A stretch of DNA of 64,000 nucleotides from a virus. Made by a program: the position numbers and the translations under genes. Of this stretch, positions 55,039 to 61,529 are shown piece after piece. Location: positions 1 to 64,000 of the IMG/VR virus record IMGVR_UViG_3300001041_000017, one strand, 5' to 3'. Each line of letters begins with the position of its first letter. Positions within the stretch are counted from its first letter, which is position 1. Under the pieces are notes generated by a model. It saw only the letters and a program-made list of their open reading frames with translations. It was not told the origin of the DNA and did not search any database.

Positions 55039-56055
55039 ATGAACAGACTTAAATCTTTCAAACATAATATCAGTATCGAAAAGATACTTGATAGTCTTAA
55101 TATGGAATACAAACGCCGGGGAAAAGAACTCCTGGCGTTTTGTCCTAATGAGGAACATATAGAAACTGCCCCATCATGGTCTATAAATGCAGAACCAAAC
55201 AGTAAGAGGTTCGGAATACATTATTGTTTCGGCTGCGGATACCGGGGCAGCGTTATTTCGTTAGTTAAAAAATATAGAAACTGCAACGATGTAAAAGCTG
55301 TAAAATTCATAAAAGCTATCTGCGGAATAAGCGGAACAGTAGATGAAGATTATCTACTGGAACAATCATTAAATGATAAATCAGACGATAAGAAAAAAAT
55401 ACTTTATAAGAGAATAAAAATAGCTTTGCCGGATGAATTTAAAAAACTAACTTCTAAGAGTGAAAAATATTTTACATATGCAACACAGAGAGGATTGACA
55501 GAAGAATCAATTAAAAAATTTAAAGTAGGATTTTGTCATACGGGATATTATTGGAACCGTTTAATAATGCCAATATATTTCCAAGGTAATCTTTATTCAT
55601 TTTTAGCAAGGAATAATGATCACAGAAGAAGATGTAAAAAAGACAAAAGAGTATTGTATGTTCCAGGTCCCAAAATGAGCTTTATAGTTTGGCCTTATGA
55701 CGATCTAGATTTTGATTTAGATTATGTGATTATCGTTGAAGGTCTATTTGATGCTATTAAAATATTATCCTGGGATTATGAAAATGTCATAACTGTTTTC
55801 GGCAACAAAATCTCAGAAGAACAAGAGGAATTAATAAGACCATTCAAAAATATCTATCTGGTCCCGGATGGGGATGAAGGTGGAGAAATACTAAAAGATT
55901 ACTCCAAAGGATTAGTTTACGATCATAATGTATTTGTTATAGAACTTCCGGAAAATCAAGATCCGGGATCAATCTCAGAAGATGTTTTTGAAAAATGTTT
56001 TAATAACAAGAAAAATTTATTTAGCCAGAAGGTTAGAGTTAAAATAAAATATTAG
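55039..56055 (+). CDS. dnaG: DNA primase (CHC2 zinc finger plus TOPRIM)
   Basis: CP..EH.ET.PS, YCFGC, IVEGLFDA, PDGDEGG, DPG. Confidence 0.92.
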   Translation: MNRLKSFKHNISIEKILDSLNMEYKRRGKELLAFCPNEEHIETAPSWSINAEPNSKRFGIHYCFGCGYRGSVISLVKKYRNCNDVKAVKFIKAICGISGTVDEDYLLEQSLNDKSDDKKKILYKRIKIALPDEFKKLTSKSEKYFTYATQRGLTEESIKKFKVGFCHTGYYWNRLIMPIYFQGNLYSFLARNNDHRRRCKKDKRVLYVPGPKMSFIVWPYDDLDFDLDYVIIVEGLFDAIKILSWDYENVITVFGNKISEEQEELIRPFKNIYLVPDGDEGGEILKDYSKGLVYDHNVFVIELPENQDPGSISEDVFEKCFNNKKNLFSQKVRVKIKY

Positions 56056-56067
56056 GATTGGTGAAAT

Positions 56068-56169
56068 ATGAATAGAGAAGATATTCTTAGAATATTTTAT
56101 AGAGAGTTAATTAAACGAACAAAAAATTCTTCAGCCAAGAAGATTAAGAAAAAGAGAGTTAAGTTTTAA
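56068..56169 (+). CDS. 33-aa basic peptide upstream of the integrase (not in track)
   Basis: GGTGA SD; MNREDILRIFYRELIKRTKNSSAKKIKKKRVKF. Confidence 0.4.
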   Translation: MNREDILRIFYRELIKRTKNSSAKKIKKKRVKF

Positions 56170-56203
56170 ATAACTTGACTCTCTTTTTTTATTGTGATAA
56201 TAT
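56149..56203 (+). promoter_or_regulatory. Terminator overlapping the sigmaA-like integrase promoter
   Basis: AAAAAGAGAGTTAAGTT...AACTTGACTCTCTTTTT hairpin; TTGACT-17-TAATAT with TG extension. Confidence 0.65.
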
Positions 56204-56212
56204 CAAAATATC

Positions 56213-57832
56213 TTGATATTATTTACATTAGGGGGAATTTATTTGAAAGAAAATCATATACCTCCTCATTTGAGAATGGCAAATTATAAAGAGCAAAAAA
56301 GAAATTCTGACAAAGAATCAGACAAGAGTTTAATTAAGCTTCAGGGATATGTCAGGATTTCTACAAAAAAAGAAGCTCAAAAAACATCTCTAGAATTTCA
56401 GGAAAAGCTATTAAAAGAATGGTGTGAAGTTCATGGATATCAATATGCTGGAACGGTTTTTGATATAAAATCTGGGGCATATATGAATTCAAGGACCGGT
56501 ATTCAAGATCTTTTAGAGATGGCTAAGAATGAAGAAATTCACGGATTAATAACCAAGGAGGTTTCAAGAACCTCCAGAGATATTCAAGACATAATTCAGT
56601 TAAAAAGAAAACTCTCTGATTATGGAGCCTTCTTAATTTCAATAAAGGAGGGTTACGACAGTAGATCGGATAACGATGAATTTTTGTTAACTATTTATGC
56701 AGCAATAGCCCAGAAAGAAAGAACCACTATTGGGAGTAGGTTGAAGACTACGCAACTAATAAAGGCCAGGAATGGTAGACCGAATAATAGGCCAGCTTTC
56801 GGATACCGAATATCAGAAGATAAAACCAGATATGAACCCTGCCCAATACATACTCCAATCTATAAAGAGATAGTAGATATGTTTCTGTCTGGGAAGGGTA
56901 AGAATGCTATTTGTAGAGAGTTGAATGGAAGAGGGTTAAAAACATACCTTGGATCTAAATTCTCCTCTCTAACGATAGATACAATCCTTAGAAACCCGGT
57001 CTACATCGGAACGTATATGTATAACACTTCATATTGTTTCCGTGATGCAGAGGGTAAAAAACAGAGGGTTATTAGACCTCAGAACGAATGGATAGTCAGA
57101 GAAAATAATCACGAATCCTTAATAGAAAACTTAACCTGGGAATCTATACAAGAGTCATTGGATAAGCGTAAAATAGATAAGAAATATACTGTTGATAAAA
57201 AATATTTACTAACCGGTAATTTAATTTGTTCAAGATGCGGATCTAAAATTTATGGAAAGATTCATTCTAGAACTAGGAAAGATGGATCGCGTCCTGTTTA
57301 TTATTTATGTTATAATGAGTTCGGAAACTGTCATTTACCGTATACCAGAAAAGAAATAATTGAGGATATGGTAAAAGAACATTTAACAAAAATAATTTAC
57401 GATCCGGAAATTCTGAGAGATGAAATAAATAATCAGAAAAATATTATGGACGTAAATAATTCAGATCTTGTCCAAAGAAGAGAAATTATTCAGAAGGAAT
57501 TATCCGATATCGAAAAAGCTATGAATAAACAATTTGTGGCCTACGAAAAGGATATAATTGATGTAGATACTTATGGTAAAAGAATTAAAGAATTAAAACA
57601 AAACAAACTAATTTTAGAGGAAGAATTATCTGTCCTGGAGAAGAAGTTAAGGAAAACTGATCGGATGGATAATAAGACAGAAATACTTTTCAGAGAAATA
57701 AAACAACTGTTGGATTTAGAAAAAAATCCTGATGTTGCTGAATTAGCCCTAGGTTTATTTGTAGATAAGATATATGTAGACTATAAGAAAGACAAATTAA
57801 TTTTGAAGTATAAATATACTTTTCAAGAGTGA
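56213..57832 (+). CDS. Large serine recombinase (integrase); start possibly TTG 56243
   Basis: GYVRIST, SRTSR, recombinase domain ILRNPVYIG, zinc ribbon CSRCG...YYLC, coiled coil. Confidence 0.95.
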   Translation: MILFTLGGIYLKENHIPPHLRMANYKEQKRNSDKESDKSLIKLQGYVRISTKKEAQKTSLEFQEKLLKEWCEVHGYQYAGTVFDIKSGAYMNSRTGIQDLLEMAKNEEIHGLITKEVSRTSRDIQDIIQLKRKLSDYGAFLISIKEGYDSRSDNDEFLLTIYAAIAQKERTTIGSRLKTTQLIKARNGRPNNRPAFGYRISEDKTRYEPCPIHTPIYKEIVDMFLSGKGKNAICRELNGRGLKTYLGSKFSSLTIDTILRNPVYIGTYMYNTSYCFRDAEGKKQRVIRPQNEWIVRENNHESLIENLTWESIQESLDKRKIDKKYTVDKKYLLTGNLICSRCGSKIYGKIHSRTRKDGSRPVYYLCYNEFGNCHLPYTRKEIIEDMVKEHLTKIIYDPEILRDEINNQKNIMDVNNSDLVQRREIIQKELSDIEKAMNKQFVAYEKDIIDVDTYGKRIKELKQNKLILEEELSVLEKKLRKTDRMDNKTEILFREIKQLLDLEKNPDVAELALGLFVDKIYVDYKKDKLILKYKYTFQE

Positions 57833-57839
57833 AATATAC

Positions 57840-57887
57840 TGTCCTAAATTGTAAGGGCGGGCAAAAGTACCTTTACAATTTAGGACA
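57840..57887. mobile_element. Candidate attP
   Basis: 15-bp perfect inverted repeat TGTCCTAAATTGTAA/TTACAATTTAGGACA around an 18-bp core, 7 bp after the integrase stop. Confidence 0.7.
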
Positions 57888-57896
57888 ACAAAAACC

Positions 57897-58316
57897 CTAA
57901 CAATGATTAATGTTAGGGTTTAATTTTTCCTGTAATTCTATTATGCTGTTGATGATTTTTTCGAGAGTGGAGACAGGGATTTTTTTATCATATGCTTTTT
58001 CGATTAAGAGAATATACGGAAGGAAATCCGTATGAGAAAGTATGTCTGGACTTAATTTATTATTGAGAATTCCTGATTCGTAAACATCATTTAAAGTAAA
58101 GTCGAACAAAAAATAAAACGGAGACACATTAAGTATTTCACTAAGAGTTGATATTAATTCTTTAGAAATATTTTTACCTCTTTTATCTTTAGAAAGAACA
58201 CTAATATAAGCTGCGGTCACATTTACCTTTTCTGCTAACTCCTTTTGTTTCAAACTCCTATTCTCCATAATTAATTTTAACTTTTCCCCAAATGTCAGAA
58301 CATCAAATCTCTTCAT
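57897..58316 (-). CDS. XRE-family HTH repressor (CI-like)
   Basis: FGEKLKLIMENRSLKQKELAEKVNVTAAYIS; GGAGGTG RBS; the only clear minus-strand gene. Confidence 0.88.
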   Translation of the reverse strand: MKRFDVLTFGEKLKLIMENRSLKQKELAEKVNVTAAYISVLSKDKRGKNISKELISTLSEILNVSPFYFLFDFTLNDVYESGILNNKLSPDILSHTDFLPYILLIEKAYDKKIPVSTLEKIINSIIELQEKLNPNINHC

Positions 58317-58519
58317 ATTATCACCTCCAAATTAAATGAATTATAGGCTATAAAACTTAAATTTGATTTATTGTTGTTATTGTACCCTAATATCAAAACA
58401 ATTTCTGTGACCGTCGTCACATTTTTATATATTTTTTTAACTTTTTAATTATATAACAAAAAGTTTATTCAAACAACAAAAATTCTCTTGTCTTTTTTCG
58501 ACAAATTAACTGAATGTTG

Positions 58520-58548
58520 TTGACATTAAGGTTATTATGAAATATAAT
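58520..58548 (+). promoter_or_regulatory. Consensus sigmaA promoter driving the phage sigma gene
   Basis: TTGACA-17-TATAAT, perfect match. Confidence 0.85.
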
Positions 58549-58657
58549 TCATGGAAATAACATAAAGTTAATTGATCGGCATATCATAATATAAACCCTA
58601 CATAAATAATAACGGTTAGTTAACAAAACCTTTATATTTAGAGAGGAGAGATATTTT

Positions 58658-59551
58658 GTGAAGAAGGGTCAATGCCAACAATGCCAAATATGTAGTTATT
58701 CCTGTGAGGACAAGGATTTACTTCTGAAACATCTAGAAGAATACCACGGATTAAGAGTAGGTTTTGTTTTAGAGAATGAGACAGGTGTTTTAGAGAACGA
58801 AATGTATCTAATAAGAGAAGGTCTCAGTAGTTCTATAGAGAAAGTTATAAGAAAGATGAGACCTTACTTAATTAAGGCTGTAAACCAGAAGTATTCTAAT
58901 TATCCCTCGAATCTTATGAATAAAGATGATTTTATCTCTATTGCAGAGATTTCTATTTGGGAGAGCTTGAATTGTCAGATAGAAAATCCAGAAATAAAGG
59001 ATAAATGTTATAAATATATTTGTCCGGTATGTGGTAAAGCGTTTACTAGCATGATTAGATACGAAAAACATTTGCTGGTTAAGCATGGTAAACAAATCTC
59101 CCCTAAAGTATCTATTGGAGAATTTGTTAACTTCAGATTAGGGGTACGACTCCAAAATGCCGTTAGAGATGAATACGCTCAAAAACGGCAAGGGAATCAT
59201 TTTTATAGTCGGGACGATGAAATGTCCCAATCATTATATTTAGACTATGCTTCTGAGAGAGACGAAGATTCTGATTTTAAGGAACTTGACTCTGGTATAA
59301 ACATAGAGGACGAAGTTTCTGAAAAGTTTTTGATTGAGGGAATAATCAAGAGACTTGGATCTTCTAATATAGATAAGGCAATTATAATTCAGCTATTTCG
59401 TGGTATAAAAGTAAGAAAAATTGCCACTAAAATATATAACGCTTATGGAGAGCATTCGTCTATTAAATCAGCTACTACAACCGTCAAAAATATGATAAAA
59501 GTTCTACTGGAGAACGGAAATGTATTTGAAGACGGTTTAAAAATATCATAA
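58658..59551 (+). CDS. Sigma70-family (SigH-like) factor with two C2H2 zinc fingers
   Basis: Region 2-like KMRPYLIKAV...KDDFISIAEISIWES / SIGEFV..RL..RLQNAVRDEYAQKR; region 4-like DKAIIIQLFRGIKVRKIA; two Cx2Cx12Hx4H motifs. Confidence 0.72.
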   Translation: MKKGQCQQCQICSYSCEDKDLLLKHLEEYHGLRVGFVLENETGVLENEMYLIREGLSSSIEKVIRKMRPYLIKAVNQKYSNYPSNLMNKDDFISIAEISIWESLNCQIENPEIKDKCYKYICPVCGKAFTSMIRYEKHLLVKHGKQISPKVSIGEFVNFRLGVRLQNAVRDEYAQKRQGNHFYSRDDEMSQSLYLDYASERDEDSDFKELDSGINIEDEVSEKFLIEGIIKRLGSSNIDKAIIIQLFRGIKVRKIATKIYNAYGEHSSIKSATTTVKNMIKVLLENGNVFEDGLKIS

Positions 59552-59556
59552 ATAAT

Positions 59557-59600
59557 TTAAGAAGAAACCTTTTACAATAAGAGGTTTCTTCTTAATTTTT
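59557..59600 (+). terminator. Intrinsic terminator
   Basis: TTAAGAAGAAACCT...AGGTTTCTTCTTAA plus TTTTT. Confidence 0.8.
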
Positions 59601-59706
59601 GATAAAATTATAAAAATTTTTCTACTAATCGTAAAAATAAAAAAGCAATTGATATATTAAAGATAGAGGGTAATTAAACACAAAATACAAAAGGTAAAGG
59701 GAGGAA

Positions 59707-60543
59707 TTGTTTTTGGCTAAGAAAACAACTGAAAAAAAGGACGATAAGAAAACTTCCAAGACTAAATCCAAATTTAAACTGAAGGATTTACTAGCCGGGG
59801 CTGAAGCTCTTGAGCTTGATACAGATGATATCGAGGATGATGCAAAGGCTTTAGAAGCAGCCATTGATGATGCTGTTTCAGATTTAGACGAGGATGATAC
59901 CTGTGAGTGTGGTGAGTGCGGTAAAGACATTCCTGACGTAGACACTTGCCCCTACTGCGGTAAAGTCTTCGAAACAGACGACTCCGATGAAGACGAAGAA
60001 TCGGATGAAGATAACGACGAAGAAGAGGAAGAAGAACCTGCCACTATTAAGACTGTGGGCAAAGGCAAGAATAAAACCTTTAGCTGCTCTAAGTGCGGTA
60101 AGGCTGTAAAAGAGGATTCCAAGTCTTGCCCTAATAAGAAGTGTAAAGCTGTTTTTGAGACCGAAGAAGAGGATGAGGACGAGGAAGAAGAAACGTCCAA
60201 AAAGTCCTCTAAGAAGGATGATAAAAAAGCTGGCAAGGCTTCCGATAAAAAATCGGGCAAGGGTAAGAAAGATCCCGATCCGGAAGAAGAGGAAGATGAG
60301 GACGACGAAGAGGATGAAGAAGAAGTCGTCTATATAACTACTTCCGGTAAGGGTAAGAAGAAGAAATTTATCTGCTCAGGCTGCGGTGAAGAAGTAAAAG
60401 AAACCGCTAAAAAGTGCAAGGGTTGTAAGGCCGTATTTGGCGAAGAACCCGAAGAAGAGGAAGACGAGGAAGAAGAAACTCCTCCTCCGAAGAAGTCTTC
60501 CAAGAAGGACGATAAGAAGTCGTCCAAAAAGGGTAAGAAGTAA
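59707..60543 (+). CDS. Low-complexity acidic/Lys-rich protein with three zinc ribbons
   Basis: Three CxxC...CxxC-type units separated by poly-D/E and KKSSKKDDKK blocks; GGGAGG RBS. Confidence 0.8.
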   Translation: MFLAKKTTEKKDDKKTSKTKSKFKLKDLLAGAEALELDTDDIEDDAKALEAAIDDAVSDLDEDDTCECGECGKDIPDVDTCPYCGKVFETDDSDEDEESDEDNDEEEEEEPATIKTVGKGKNKTFSCSKCGKAVKEDSKSCPNKKCKAVFETEEEDEDEEEETSKKSSKKDDKKAGKASDKKSGKGKKDPDPEEEEDEDDEEDEEEVVYITTSGKGKKKKFICSGCGEEVKETAKKCKGCKAVFGEEPEEEEDEEEETPPPKKSSKKDDKKSSKKGKK

Positions 60544-60589
60544 ACTTTTAATAACCTGTCCCGGCACTTCCATCTGTTCCGGTATAGAG

Positions 60590-60620
60590 AAATCGCCTTT
60601 AATATCAAGGCGATTTTTTT
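60590..60620 (+). terminator. Intrinsic terminator
   Basis: AAATCGCCTT...AAGGCGATTT plus TTTT. Confidence 0.8.
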
Positions 60621-60636
60621 ATTTTATTTTTCAAAC

Positions 60637-60680
60637 AAGGGAAAAAACGAATTTATTTATATATAATATAGATAAGGAGG
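60637..60680 (+). promoter_or_regulatory. Phage-type promoter, copy 4
   Basis: AAGGGAAA-N15-TATATAATATAGATAAGG. Confidence 0.65.
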
Positions 60681-60691
60681 AAAAATTGAAA

Positions 60692-61120
60692 ATGTCTATA
60701 CCGACAGGATTAATTCTAGTAAATAAAGAATGTATGCCATTTCGGAAATACGAAACAGATTCAGGCTGGGATGTTAAAGCTAATATTAAAAGAAATATTA
60801 TAATCTGGCCTTTCTGTAGAAAAACAATTCCAATTGGGATAAAAATAGAACCTCCAGAATTTATTTGTTCAGAGGTTAGACCTAGAAGCGGATTATCAAA
60901 AGATGAAGGTTTGATAGCTGTGGTAGGAACCATAGATACAAACTACAGGGGAGAGATAGGAGTTACATTATTGAACTTCTCATTCTGGCCTAAAGTAGTT
61001 AAACCTTATCAAAGGATAGCTCAAATTGTTTTCGCTAAAAGATTCAATATTGAGTTTCTTGAGAAAGTAAGATTTAAGGAAACAGACCGGGGAACAAATG
61101 GTTTCGGTTCCACTGGTTAG
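60692..61120 (+). CDS. dut: Trimeric dUTPase (start 60686 or 60692, not 60437)
   Basis: SGWDV, RPRSG, GTIDTNYRGEI, RIAQIV, RGTNGFGSTG. Confidence 0.93.
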   Translation: MSIPTGLILVNKECMPFRKYETDSGWDVKANIKRNIIIWPFCRKTIPIGIKIEPPEFICSEVRPRSGLSKDEGLIAVVGTIDTNYRGEIGVTLLNFSFWPKVVKPYQRIAQIVFAKRFNIEFLEKVRFKETDRGTNGFGSTG

Positions 61121-61153
61121 TTATATAAAATAAAATTAGAGGGGGATTTTATA

Positions 61154-61525
61154 ATGAATACAGCAACAAGAGATAAGTTTTCAGCAAACTATTCGGCCAG
61201 AACACCCAAAGAGGCTATTGCCTTAATCTTAACCAAAGGAAAGGCTGTTATTAATGCCAAAAACAACCTACCTCCGACATTGGGTGCTTTGGAGGCTATG
61301 TATCTGCCGTATACTATGGATTTCGAAGACAGAACTTGGACAATCCGGTTAAAGGATTCTATGGTAAGAATCGAACCTGACAGGGCTGTTGAAAAACCAG
61401 TGGTGAAACTGGCTGAGAAAGAAGAGGTGGAAACCACTCCTCCGGTTCCGGCGAAAGCTGAAAAGAAAGTTAAAGGTGGTCAGCAGGTAACAGCAGAAAC
61501 CATTTCTGCCTTATCAGAGGAATAA
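61154..61525 (+). CDS. Hypothetical protein
   Basis: GAGGGGG RBS. Confidence 0.7.
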   Translation: MNTATRDKFSANYSARTPKEAIALILTKGKAVINAKNNLPPTLGALEAMYLPYTMDFEDRTWTIRLKDSMVRIEPDRAVEKPVVKLAEKEEVETTPPVPAKAEKKVKGGQQVTAETISALSEE

Positions 61526-61529
61526 AATA

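Noticed and set aside
60437-60691. Long N-terminal extension of dUTPase in the ORF track
   Set aside because: It overlaps the upstream gene, a terminator and a promoter. The real RBS (AAGGAGG) precedes 60686/60692.
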